Assembly: GCA_963837285.1 (NCBI GenBank)
Contig: CAWIMS010000005.1
Location: 1,844,437 to 1,908,436 of the forward strand
DNA: 64,000 nucleotides
Source of the DNA: an uncultured Actinomycetota bacterium
GTDB taxonomy: Bacteria; Actinomycetota; Actinomycetes; Mycobacteriales; Micromonosporaceae
Direction: 5' to 3'
Part shown: in pieces, positions 53,108 through 62,409 of the stretch
How positions within the stretch are numbered: position 1 is the first letter of the stretch
Layout: the number at the start of each line of letters is the position of its first letter
Position numbers and translations under genes: made by a program
Notes under the pieces: model-generated
Told to the model about the DNA's origin: nothing
The model's database searches: none
Seen by the model: the letters and a program-made list of their open reading frames with translations, nothing else

Positions 53108-55939
53108 ATGGCCAGAAATGAGCGGGGTTGCATAGCCGCGTCGTTGACGATCTCGGTTCTCGGGCCGTTTCAGCTGACCATGAACGGACAGCCGCTGACC
53201 GTGACGAGCGGTCGCTTGCGTACATTGCTCACGGCGCTCGCCGTCTGCGCCGGGCAGCCAGTGTCCGTGGATCGGTTGGCTGCCGCGTTGTGGGGCGACC
53301 GCCTTCCCGGCAATCCACGGCGCGGTGTGCAGCTCTACCTCGTGCGGCTCCGCGATCTGATCGGCGAGGCGTCGGTCGCCACCACGCCCAACGGGTACGC
53401 CCTGCGACTCTCACCGGACAATGTGGACGCCCTCCGCTTCGAGCAGCTGCTGGACGCCGGCGAGGGCGAGGCAGCCGAAGCCGTACGCTATGCCCGCCTG
53501 CGCGAAGCGCTCCGGCTCTGGCGAGGCACACCGTTCGAAGACATCGACTCCCCAACGCTGGCAGAGTCGGAGGCGCCGCGCCTGACCGAACGGTACCTCG
53601 TGGCGGTGGAGCAGCGCGTCGACCTGGATCTGGCGGCCGGTCAGACGAAAGCCCTGGTGGCGGAGTTGGGCGAGCTGACAACCCGATTCCCGTTGCGCGA
53701 GTCGTTGTGGCGGCGGCTGCTGGTGGCGCTGGACCGGTGCGGCCGTCAGGCAGAGGCGCTCGACCGGTACGAGGCGGTCCGGTCGCAGCTTGCCGACGAG
53801 CTTGGCGTGGACCCGGGTCCGGATCTACAGCGGTTGTATACCAACCTACTGGCCGGCAGGAGTTTGCGGCCGTCACCCGAACCCGTGGTGACGCCTGGTG
53901 TGCAACGCCCGGTCCCGCGGCAGCTACCGGCCGATGTCGCCACCTTCGCCGGCCGCGAAGATGTGCTCAAATACCTGGACGAGATCGTGCCCAGGGACCC
54001 GACCCCGGACCCGGCGGTGGCGGTGGTGCACGGACCGGCCGGTGTGGGCAAGACCGCGCTGGCGGTGCACTGGGCGCACCAGGTGGCGGAGCGGTTCCCG
54101 GACGGCCAGCTGTACGTCAACCTGCGCGGCTTCGATCCATCCGGCCCAGCTTTGGCGGCCGCCGACACACTGCGCGGGTTTCTGGACGCACTGGGGACAC
54201 CGCCCGACCAGATCCCGGCCACCTTCTCCGCGCAGGTCGGTCTGTACCGGAGCATGCTCGCCGACCGGCGGGTACTCATCATGCTCGACAACGCCGCCGA
54301 CGTCGGCCAGGTACGACCGATGCTGCCCACCGGCGCCGGCTGCCTGGCCATCGTCACCAGTCGCAACCGGCTGCCGGGTCTGGTCGTCGCCGACGGCGCC
54401 CGCCCGGTCGAGCTGGACCCGCTCAGCCTGGACGAGGCGCGGCTACTGCTGGAACGCCGCCTCGGCCGCGAGCGAATAGCCGCGGAGCCTGCCGCGGTCG
54501 ACGACATCGTGCACCGGTGCGGCGGTCTGCCGCTCGCCCTCGCCATCGTGGCTGCCCGCGCGATGTCCCATCCGAAGTTCCCGCTCGCCGCATTGACCGT
54601 GGAGCCGTGCGCCGCGCCGGGCCGGCTCGACGCCCTCGCCGGGCTCGATGCCGAGACGGACGTGCGGGTCGTGTTCTCCTGGTCCTATCGACCCCTGCCC
54701 ACGTCCGCCGCCCGGCTGTTCCGCCTGCTCGGGGTCCACCCAGCCGACGAGGTTACCGCGCCGGCCGCGGCCAGCCTCGCCGCGGTCCCGGTCGGGCAGG
54801 CGCGGCTGCTCCTTGTCAGGCTCGCTCAGGCGAACCTCGTCACCGAGCACGCGCCCGGCCGGTACGCGCCACACGACCTGCTCCGTGCGTACGCCGCCGA
54901 GCTGGCCGCCAGGCATGACACCGATGTCGACCGGCGCGCCGCACTGCACCGCGTCCTCGATCACTACCTGCACACCGGCTGTGCCGCCTCACGCCTGATC
55001 GACCCGCACCGGCTCCCGATCACGCTGTCACCGCCGCAACCCGGCACGGCTCCGGAACCGTTGCACGACAACGAGCAGGCGATAGCGTGGTTCCACACCG
55101 AACGAACTGCGATCCTGTCGGCCATCGAGCGCGCCTCGATCGACGGATTCGACACCCACGTCTGGCAGCTCGCCTGGAGCGTCGCACAGTTCCTGGCGAT
55201 CGGGATGTACTGGCGGGACCAGTTGGCGGTCCTGGGCCTGGCGCTGGCGTCAGCGACCCGGCTGGGTCTGCGTTCCGAGCAGGCGCGCGTGCACCGTCAC
55301 CTGGGTCAGACCCTGAACGAGCTCGGCGACTACGACAAGGCCCACGAGCATCTTCGTAGCGCGCTGGAACTGTACGAGCACGTCGGGGACTGTCGTGGCC
55401 GGGCGGTCGTGCACAGTATCCGCTCTCAGTTGTTCGCGGACCGGCAGATGTTCGACGAGGCGCTCACCCATGCGCGAGAGGCCTACGAACTGTTCCGGGC
55501 GATGGGTGATCGCCGGGGTGAGGGCTACACCCTCGACGAGATCGGTTGCTACCACGCCTGGCGTGGCGACCTGGAGCAGGCGTTGGCCTACTGCGAACGG
55601 GCGATCGTCATTCAGCGTCAGATCGACGACAAGGTAGGTCTGGCGTCCACCTGGGACAGTCTCGGCTATATCAACCAACAGCTCGGCCGGTGCGAGGACG
55701 CGGTCAGCCGGTATCAACAGGCACTCGACCTGTACCGGCAGCTGGGGCACCATGTCCACGAAGCGGAGACGCTGGACAAGATCGGCGACACCCACCACGC
55801 GGCCGGCAACGGGTCGGCCGCGGCCGCCGCGTGGCGCCAGTCGGTGAACACCTTCGCGCAGCTCGGCAGTCCCGAGGCGGACGCGGTGCGAACCAAGCTT
55901 TCCCGAACTCACCCAGCTCCGGCTCCCCGTCGGGAGTAG
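53108..55939 (+). CDS. AfsR-like large SARP regulator (winged helix + BTAD + NB-ARC ATPase + TPR)
   Basis: 943 aa. ISVLGPFQLTMNGQPL...RLRTLLTALAV, BTAD region, P-loop GPAGVGKTALAVHWAH, and TPR-like C-terminal repeats. Confidence 0.9.
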   Translation: MARNERGCIAASLTISVLGPFQLTMNGQPLTVTSGRLRTLLTALAVCAGQPVSVDRLAAALWGDRLPGNPRRGVQLYLVRLRDLIGEASVATTPNGYALRLSPDNVDALRFEQLLDAGEGEAAEAVRYARLREALRLWRGTPFEDIDSPTLAESEAPRLTERYLVAVEQRVDLDLAAGQTKALVAELGELTTRFPLRESLWRRLLVALDRCGRQAEALDRYEAVRSQLADELGVDPGPDLQRLYTNLLAGRSLRPSPEPVVTPGVQRPVPRQLPADVATFAGREDVLKYLDEIVPRDPTPDPAVAVVHGPAGVGKTALAVHWAHQVAERFPDGQLYVNLRGFDPSGPALAAADTLRGFLDALGTPPDQIPATFSAQVGLYRSMLADRRVLIMLDNAADVGQVRPMLPTGAGCLAIVTSRNRLPGLVVADGARPVELDPLSLDEARLLLERRLGRERIAAEPAAVDDIVHRCGGLPLALAIVAARAMSHPKFPLAALTVEPCAAPGRLDALAGLDAETDVRVVFSWSYRPLPTSAARLFRLLGVHPADEVTAPAAASLAAVPVGQARLLLVRLAQANLVTEHAPGRYAPHDLLRAYAAELAARHDTDVDRRAALHRVLDHYLHTGCAASRLIDPHRLPITLSPPQPGTAPEPLHDNEQAIAWFHTERTAILSAIERASIDGFDTHVWQLAWSVAQFLAIGMYWRDQLAVLGLALASATRLGLRSEQARVHRHLGQTLNELGDYDKAHEHLRSALELYEHVGDCRGRAVVHSIRSQLFADRQMFDEALTHAREAYELFRAMGDRRGEGYTLDEIGCYHAWRGDLEQALAYCERAIVIQRQIDDKVGLASTWDSLGYINQQLGRCEDAVSRYQQALDLYRQLGHHVHEAETLDKIGDTHHAAGNGSAAAAAWRQSVNTFAQLGSPEADAVRTKLSRTHPAPAPRRE

Positions 55940-55954
55940 CCCACACCGTAGGCG

Positions 55955-56744
55955 GTGATCGGGAAGGCTCAAGCAGGGGGCAGCGTGGTCATGGCGGCAT
56001 CGCTAGCATTCCGCGTCATGACGACGAAGCCAAGTCGTCGGTCGGGTCGGGTTGTCCGGCAATACGGCCGAGGTATCTCTGATGGCCGTCGAGCCTTCAT
56101 TTGCCGGTCGTGTCCGGCGACATTCCCAAGTGGAGATCATGACGAAGCGCTGGTCTGGTACATCGGTGGCCGCGACGACCTGATCTTCAAGACCGCCCAG
56201 GACAACGACCTGCTCAAGCACGCGGTACCGACGTGGAGCACCGAGAAATCGCGGGCGGAACTGGTCGACTGGCGCGGCACCTACCAATGCGCTACCGGCA
56301 CAAAGGCGACACGACCTGGAACGAGCAGCCGGTGCAGGCCAACCGGTTCGACACCACCTGGACCGTCGACGGCGACCAGTGGGAGTACCAGGTCCGCACC
56401 GACAACGGTGACGACCTCAATCCGGCTGGTCACCGATCGTCGGCGCCACCGCGCACCCGCAGACCGCGCCACCGCCGGTTGGCATCATCGCCACGTCCAC
56501 CGGCACCGGTATCAATGTCGTCTGGGGCGCACCGACCGGCCAGTACACCGACACGATCGACCGGTGCGGGGTTCTCGTCTTCGACGCGGACACCCCTGGC
56601 GCGTTCGTCCAGACCATCGGGGTCAGGGGCCTGTCCGTACACGTTGACGGCCTGGTCCCCGGCCATCACTACGTGGTCGCGGTAACCACCTGGAATGCCG
56701 CCGGCGGAGGCCTTCCCGGTGTCGCCGGAACGGTCATCGTCTAA
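55955..56744 (+). pseudogene. Fibronectin-type-III-repeat gene interrupted by two frameshifts
   Basis: The coherent FN3-like sequence jumps frames near 56285-56289 (..VDWRGTYQ | MRYRHKGDTTWNE..) and near 56418-56421 (..YQVRTDNGDDLN | SGWSPIVGAT..). It ends ..VDGLVPGHHYVVAVTTWNAAGGGLPG.. with TAA at 56742-56744. Confidence 0.5.
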
Positions 56745-56847
56745 ACATCCCGTTGCCCTGGATACGGTCGGGAGCGCAATTCGGTGGTCCGTTCCGGGTG
56801 CGCGGGGCGACCATGGTCGGCATGGCGAGGGACCGGGCGTGTCAGGG

Positions 56848-57888
56848 ATGAGGTTGCCGCCCCAGGGCGGGCTGCCGCCGGTGGACGCGGTGGCCGGCGC
56901 CGTCGTGGAGATCGCCTGTGACGAGTCCGGGTTCTCCGGCACCAACCTGCTCGATCCGGCCACCCCGGTGATCACTCATGCGAGTGTCGACCTGTGCGCC
57001 GGCGAGGCGGTGGAGCTGATCGCGACGCTGCAGTCGGGGTTTCGGTACCCGCCGCACGAGTTCAAGTCCGGGCGGTTGCTTCGCGGCCCGAACACGGGTC
57101 AGGCGCTGGACTGGTTCCTGGCGGCGCTGCGCGGCCGGGCGCATGTGCACCTGGTCGACAAGGAGTACTTCCTGGTAACCCGGATCGTCGACCTGTTGCT
57201 GGCCGAGCCGTCCTACGCCGCCGGCACCCGGCTGACCCAGGACCAGCGTCCGGCCGCCCTCACTTTGTACCGGGCCGGACGCGCGGCCGGTGCCGACTGG
57301 GCTGCCTTCCTCGCGGCCTTTGTCGAGCTGGTCCGGACCAAGCGGCGGCACCGGCCGGGTCGCCAGGTCGTGGAACAGTTCTTCCAGGCGCGGGATGCGT
57401 TGATCCGAGACAGGCTCGGCACGCCGGCCGAGGCTGTCCTCGACCGGCTCAGCCGGACCCGGGTGTCGGCCGTCCTGACCAGGCTGGCCGACGACGACCG
57501 GTCAATCCCGCCACCGCTGGAGCCGATGCTGCCGGCGCTCGCCGAGACCGTACTGTTCTGGAGCGGCGGACTGCGGCAGGTGCTGGTCATCCACGACGAG
57601 CAGAGCGCCCTCACCGCCGGCCGGTTGAGCCGCCTCCAGCGGGTACTGGCCGACAGCGCCAGCCCGCCGGCCACGCTGCCGCCGGCCACGCTGTCACCGC
57701 TGGCCGGGCTGGTGACGGTCGACTCCCGCGACGATCCACGCGTCCAGGTCGCCGACCTCCTCGCCGGGGTGGCCCGCCGGTTACCGGCAACCGCCGACGA
57801 CGGCGCACTCGGGCCGTTCCTGTCCCCGACGTCACTGCGCGACCCCGAGCAGTCCCGAGCCATGACCCGCGGTCGATCCGAAGCCTAG
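56848..57888 (+). CDS. Hypothetical protein, DUF3800-like
   Basis: ORF 56695..57888 with ATG 56848. The N-terminal IACDESG and C-terminal DDPRVQVADLLAG resemble DUF3800 signature positions. Assignment is tentative. Confidence 0.45.
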   Translation: MRLPPQGGLPPVDAVAGAVVEIACDESGFSGTNLLDPATPVITHASVDLCAGEAVELIATLQSGFRYPPHEFKSGRLLRGPNTGQALDWFLAALRGRAHVHLVDKEYFLVTRIVDLLLAEPSYAAGTRLTQDQRPAALTLYRAGRAAGADWAAFLAAFVELVRTKRRHRPGRQVVEQFFQARDALIRDRLGTPAEAVLDRLSRTRVSAVLTRLADDDRSIPPPLEPMLPALAETVLFWSGGLRQVLVIHDEQSALTAGRLSRLQRVLADSASPPATLPPATLSPLAGLVTVDSRDDPRVQVADLLAGVARRLPATADDGALGPFLSPTSLRDPEQSRAMTRGRSEA

Positions 57889-57919
57889 GACCGGACCAAC
57901 CCGGCCGCTTCCGCTACAC

Positions 57920-58390
57920 CTAGGGAATGTCCATGCACAACTCGATTCGGGTACCTCTCGGGGAGGAGTCCAGCATCAGCCGGCTGCACAACATCTGGGC
58001 CAGCCACAGTCCGCGACCACCCTCGGCTGTCGGGTCGGGATACTGCGGACGGCCGTAACCTTCCGGCATGCCGGCACCGCGGTCATTGACCACACATCGG
58101 ACGTACCCGGCCTCCAAGCAGACCACGACCTCGCCGCTACCACCACCGTGGATGACAGCGTTGGCGAGGATCTCGCCGACCGCGACGACGAACTCATCCG
58201 AACGCGCGGCGTCCAGCCCGGCCGACGAGGAGCACCGACCTATCTCCCGACGGACCGCGCTCACCGTCGCGGCGACGAACGGAGCGCTGTACAGCACGCC
58301 AAAAGAAGGCCTGGCCAGTCGCCGGCGAGCGGTGTTGCCACGCGGTAGGCCGGTGCCGTCACCTGTGCTGACGGTTGTCGGGTCCGACAC
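57920..58390 (-). CDS. Anti-sigma-factor-type Ser kinase / HATPase_c protein (RsbW/SpoIIAB-like)
   Basis: EILANAVIHG (N-box-like), NDRGAGMP and GGRGLWLAQ (G-box-like). Confidence 0.7.
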   Translation of the reverse strand: MSDPTTVSTGDGTGLPRGNTARRRLARPSFGVLYSAPFVAATVSAVRREIGRCSSSAGLDAARSDEFVVAVGEILANAVIHGGGSGEVVVCLEAGYVRCVVNDRGAGMPEGYGRPQYPDPTAEGGRGLWLAQMLCSRLMLDSSPRGTRIELCMDIP

Positions 58391-58943
58391 GAGGTCCCCT
58401 GGGTGCCTGAAGGTGCGGCCACCGGGGTCTCGGGCGGCGTATGAACGACATAGATAATACGGAACAGCGCGGCTCCACCGTTACCCTACCCACGAAAACT
58501 CGTTTCATTCGCAAACGTCAGGTCAGATGGTCGGCCGTGAGCGGCGCGGCACGCCGCACCGGGCGACTCCATCGCCACGGCGGACCAGGTTGCAACGGGA
58601 GGTCCTACCGCCGGTTGGCGGGCGCGGCTCGCGGGCCAATGGGGTCAGAGGGGTTTCTGATCCGTCCACGACGGCGCGGGAAAGGTCCGACAGGCGGCCC
58701 ATTAGATCCGATTTTGAGTAAAGACGAAACCTCGCGTACCTTTACTTGATCACCGACGCGGACCACGGATGGCGCGGCGGCGAAGATCACCTACTATGGC
58801 ACCGGTCGAGCGGCAGCTTGATCGCCGAAGGTCGTGGTGACCAGGGTTACCTGGTCACCGGTCACCCTCCTGGGCGCGCCGGCGAGGCGCAGGTCCGCAG
58901 ATCGCGAGGGAGCCGACCACGGACGCCGGCCGGGGATGAGGAG

Positions 58944-59390
58944 TCACCGGCGCTGCTTGGCTGCCGCCGAGAGATGGCCGAGCCAGGCAATGAGCGCGGC
59001 GTCGAGCGCGGCCTGCATGTCGGCTACGGCCGCCTGCACCGGCTCGCCGCTCCATGACTCGTCGGTGTTGACGCGCACTCCGCCCGGCACGGGCGTGAAG
59101 GTCCAGCTATGAATGCCGGTAATGCCTTCCGCCGGTCCGCCCCAGAGCGTGTGGCGCTGTGGTTCGACCCGGTAGACCGTTGACTTGATCCCCAGGTCAT
59201 GGGTGCGCCAAGTGAAGTCGGCGCCGGGACCGAACGGCCCGTCGAGGTGGGCGTCGTCGATCTCCGGCTGCCAGGTGGGCCAGGCCTCGACATCGGTGTG
59301 CAACCGCCACACCAACCCCGGCGGCGCGGCGATGACAGCACTGTGACGGGCGATTACGGGCGCGGCGGTGTCGATGCCGTCCGGGTACAT
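58944..59390 (-). CDS. SRPBCC (polyketide cyclase/dehydrase-like) family protein
   Basis: The internal ATG 59390 of ORF 58944..59705 gives 148 aa. VWRLHTDVEAWPTWQPEI...WTF is the typical SRPBCC pattern. Confidence 0.75.
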   Translation of the reverse strand: MYPDGIDTAAPVIARHSAVIAAPPGLVWRLHTDVEAWPTWQPEIDDAHLDGPFGPGADFTWRTHDLGIKSTVYRVEPQRHTLWGGPAEGITGIHSWTFTPVPGGVRVNTDESWSGEPVQAAVADMQAALDAALIAWLGHLSAAAKQRR

Positions 59391-59523
59391 GATGGCCTCC
59401 GATGAAGTAGCAGCCGTCGCCCTGAGTTTGTGGGCGAAACCGTCTCGACGAAGGCGAGGCCGCCCACGTCGAGTCGGTATCAGCGGTGGTGGGCATGGTC
59501 GACTGTCTTGTTCCGCCCGGGGC

Positions 59524-59709
59524 CTACCCCCGCGATGGGGATGCGTCGATGGACGACAGCGTCGACGGATCGATATCGAGCATCCGGAGCAGCGCCCCGT
59601 TCCTACTCGTGTCGACGATCGCCGGAAGGTCCCGGTCCACCCAGTCCGCCCGGTCCAGCAGACCCCTTGATCGCAGTATCGCGATGATCTCGGCTCTGGC
59701 GACATGCAT
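59524..59709 (-). CDS. Small conserved hypothetical (61 aa), paralog of 60683..60859
   Basis: MHVARAEIIAILRSRGLLDRADWVDRDLPAIVDTSRNGALLRMLDIDPSTL aligns without gaps to the other copy. Confidence 0.5.
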   Translation of the reverse strand: MHVARAEIIAILRSRGLLDRADWVDRDLPAIVDTSRNGALLRMLDIDPSTLSSIDASPSRG

Positions 59710-59766
59710 TCTTGGGCTCCTTTGTCCTGCTGGGCAGATGGATGGGGTCCGAGGCCTGCTGCGGCG

Positions 59767-60132
59767 CTACGCCGCGCGTCGTGTAGCGGGCAGCGTCACC
59801 GTGATCTCCGCTTCGAGCCAACCGGTCAGCCGAATGGCCAGTACGTCACTGTTGATCGTGACCAGCGCGACCGTGCCCGTCTCCAGGACGGTCTCGATCA
59901 GGTCACGTTCATCGGTCGACATCGAGGTGAGCGAGATCGCCACGATCCGTTGACGCGGGAGAGCCTCGCGGAGCCGAGCCGTCAGACCGTCCGTAACCGC
60001 TCGCTGCTGACAGACCAGCACCAGCGCTTGCCCAGCCGCGGCCGCCCGCAGCGCCGCCAGTGAGGGTCGATGAACGAGGGTGTCCAAGGTTACTTCCATG
60101 ACCGTGACCATCGCCGACTCCCTCGGGCGCAC
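59767..60132 (-). CDS. Hypothetical protein
   Basis: 121-aa ORF upstream of, and co-oriented with, the small paralog. No motif recognised and the start is uncertain. Confidence 0.35.
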   Translation of the reverse strand: MRPRESAMVTVMEVTLDTLVHRPSLAALRAAAAGQALVLVCQQRAVTDGLTARLREALPRQRIVAISLTSMSTDERDLIETVLETGTVALVTINSDVLAIRLTGWLEAEITVTLPATRRAA

Positions 60133-60682
60133 TGTAAGGGTCGCAAGCGTCGGACTTCATGGCGGTCGCGGCGGACCGGCCTGGCACCAGTCGTGCACCG
60201 ACCCTACACCCCATCCATCAGTGCCCGCCGTGCCCCGGATGCTGCGGACACGGACCGCGACACCGTACGTTCCGGCCGGATCGAGCCGGTGAGGTCGGAC
60301 TCGCAAGCGTACTCGACCATGTCCACGTTGGACAGCGGACCGCGGCCGGTGCCCGGCCGAGTATTCCTGGCAGGGGTATCATGCACTGGTCACGGCCAGT
60401 CGTTGTGCCGTGCTCGTTGTTCATGCCGCCGCCCCAGACCCCGACGGTCGTCTGATCGACGTTCGACGATCCCTTGGGGACTGTGATGATCGCGCCCTCG
60501 GCGACACCGCCACCGACATCGGCTAGTGCCGCGCCGACTGTCCGCCGTGATCATATCGATCGCTTGATCTCCCGGATCGCGACCGGCGACCGGGCGGCTG
60601 GCCCCTGGTCGGCGTTGACTCGCCCGCGACGCTACGGCTCTCCATTACGCCATCGATGCGACCCGAGTTGAGAGGAACACCC

Positions 60683-60859
60683 ATGCAGATCGACAAAGCT
60701 GAGATCATCTCAGCTCTCCGGTCCAGAGGGCTGCACGCGAGGGCTGACTGGGTCGATCGGGAACTGCCCGACCTCGTCGACACGTACAAGAACGGCGCCC
60801 TACTCCAGATGCTCGGCGTCGACCCCGACGCCCTCTCACCCGCCAACCCGCAGGGCTGA
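60683..60859 (+). CDS. Small conserved hypothetical (58 aa), paralog of 59524..59709
   Basis: ATG 60683 follows GAGAGGAA. MQIDKAEIISALRSRGLHARADWVDRELPDLVDTYKNGALLQMLGVDPDAL. Confidence 0.5.
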   Translation: MQIDKAEIISALRSRGLHARADWVDRELPDLVDTYKNGALLQMLGVDPDALSPANPQG

Positions 60860-60996
60860 GCCGCCCGCCGCGACGCGCCGGACGGCGTTGCGGAAGTCCG
60901 GTACATCGCTGATGCGGTCCTTGAGTAGATAGCCGCCCCGCCGACGGAGTCGCGAGCAGCTTCATGGCCAGTCGGGGAGGCCAGGGCCTTGATCAA

Positions 60997-61043
60997 CTAT
61001 CCGTCAGGGACTCGAACCCCGAACCCGCGGACTAGGAGTCCGC
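60997..61043 (-). other. tRNA-Arg(CCT) 3' fragment (anticodon arm to acceptor 3' strand), putative att-site remnant
   Basis: The minus strand reads GCGGA-CTCCTAG-TCCGC GGGTT CGGGG-TTCGAGT-CCCTG ACGG.... That is a perfect anticodon stem, a loop with U33 and anticodon CCT, a 5-nt variable loop and a canonical T-arm. No D-arm or 5' acceptor strand lies upstream; the lsr2 stop is 9 nt away. Confidence 0.6.
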
Positions 61044-61052
61044 CGGGAAGGG

Positions 61053-61406
61053 TCAGCGGCCGGCCTCGGCGTGGTAGCGGTCGACGATGTCCTGCTTGAT
61101 GCGGCCCCGATCGGACACGGTGATGCCCTTGCTCTGGGCCCATTCGCGGATGGCCCGGCTCTGGTCCCGGTCCACTGCGGCCGGCGCTCGCCCGCGCCCT
61201 ACGGAGGCGGGTGCGGCGGTGGCACCGGCCCGACCCACCTTCGACCCGGCCTGGACGTAGCGGGCCAACTCGTATCGCATTTTCGTGGCGTTCTTCGCGG
61301 ACAGGTCGATCTCGTACTGGACTCCGTCGATAGCGAATCGGACGGTCTCTTCGGCTTCGCCGCCATCGATATCGTCAACGAGCATGTGGATGGTTCGCCT
61401 GGCCAT
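61053..61406 (-). CDS. lsr2: Lsr2-family nucleoid-associated protein
   Basis: ATG 61406 follows GGAAGGA. MARRTIHMLVDDIDGGEAEETVRFAIDGVQYEIDLSAKNA...AIREWAQSKGITVSDRGRI matches the Lsr2 dimerisation and DNA-binding domains. Confidence 0.9.
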   Translation of the reverse strand: MARRTIHMLVDDIDGGEAEETVRFAIDGVQYEIDLSAKNATKMRYELARYVQAGSKVGRAGATAAPASVGRGRAPAAVDRDQSRAIREWAQSKGITVSDRGRIKQDIVDRYHAEAGR

Positions 61407-61594
61407 CAGAGTTCCTTCCACAATAGCGATCCGATTTCGGGTTACTGTCGAACAGTAACTGACAGTCACTGGCACGCAAGTATCAGGGCAGTTCCGTGCC
61501 GTATCCATGCCATATCGGCGGGATCACTCGTTCGGTGCCCCAGTACAGCGTTGGTCCCCGCACCCTCAAGAGGATGCGGGGACCGAACACCGCC

Positions 61595-61630
61595 CCGGTG
61601 AGATCAGGTCGACCGCCCTGATCTCACCGG
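61595..61630 (-). terminator. Hairpin (14-bp perfect stem, 8-nt loop) downstream of the cold-shock gene; a second 10-bp hairpin lies at 61553-61584
   Basis: CCGGTGAGATCAGG-N8-CCTGATCTCACCGG, ~93 nt after the csp stop on the transcribed strand. Confidence 0.55.
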
Positions 61631-61722
61631 TCGTTCACGGCACACGGCCACCGTCGTCGTGACGGCGGAGTCCGGGCCGGAAACCTCCGGAAATTCTAGG
61701 AACCTGTAGATCACACGCCGGG

Positions 61723-61926
61723 TCAGACGACGCGGACGTTTTCGGCCTGTGGGCCCTTCTGCCCGCGGGTGATCTCAAACTCGACCCGCTGATTCTCCTC
61801 CAGCGACCGGTAACCGCCGGACTGGATGGCGGAGAAATGCACGAAGACGTCGTCGCCGCCCCCATCCTGGGCGATAAATCCGAAGCCCTTGTCCGCGTTG
61901 AACCACTTCACCGTGCCCTGTGCCAT
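61723..61926 (-). CDS. cspA: Cold-shock protein, CspA family
   Basis: 67 aa: [34 protein letters not shown] (RNP1/RNP2 motifs). RBS GGGGAG. Confidence 0.95.
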   Translation of the reverse strand: MAQGTVKWFNADKGFGFIAQDGGGDDVFVHFSAIQSGGYRSLEENQRVEFEITRGQKGPQAENVRVV

Positions 61927-62409
61927 TTCCACTCCCCTGCCAGACGAACCCGAGCCGAAGTCGCTGCCCGAATCTGTCCCGATTACGTCCACGCCGGACG
62001 TGTACCAACCCGCTGACACTAACAGGGCCACCACGGGGGCCGGCAGCCGGCCGTGCCAACAGGCATGCCGACGCACCCGTCCTCCTCCCACCGGCGCCCG
62101 GTACAACCAGGTACCGGCCTTGTCCAGCGCCAACGGCGGCGCCCGCCCCGCGGTCGGCCGGCGCTGTGACTGCCAGCGACAGGTGGCGCGAAGGGGGGCC
62201 GTGAGTTCGTAGAACACCTGTGTGGCTGGGTTGGTCTCGAGGACCGAGAGGGACGTCGAGGAACCTATCGGAGTACACACCGCGCGAACCGGCGTCCATC
62301 GCATTACGACCCGACGGGTGACACCGGGATCACGGTCCGCCGTGGCCGGGGGCGGCTACCACGCCGTTGCGGGACAGCGCCGATCGCCGCCCGCGATTAG
62401 CCTCCGCCC

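Noticed and set aside
58441-58749. 102-aa ORF in the 550-nt spacer between the anti-sigma kinase and SRPBCC genes
   Set aside because: It is Arg/Gly-rich and crosses AT-rich patches, with no RBS or motif. The region is treated as intergenic.
60990-61075. Complete tRNA gene
   Set aside because: Only the anticodon arm, variable loop, T-arm and part of the acceptor 3' strand can be folded. The would-be 5' half is occupied by the lsr2 3' end and cannot pair with the acceptor strand.
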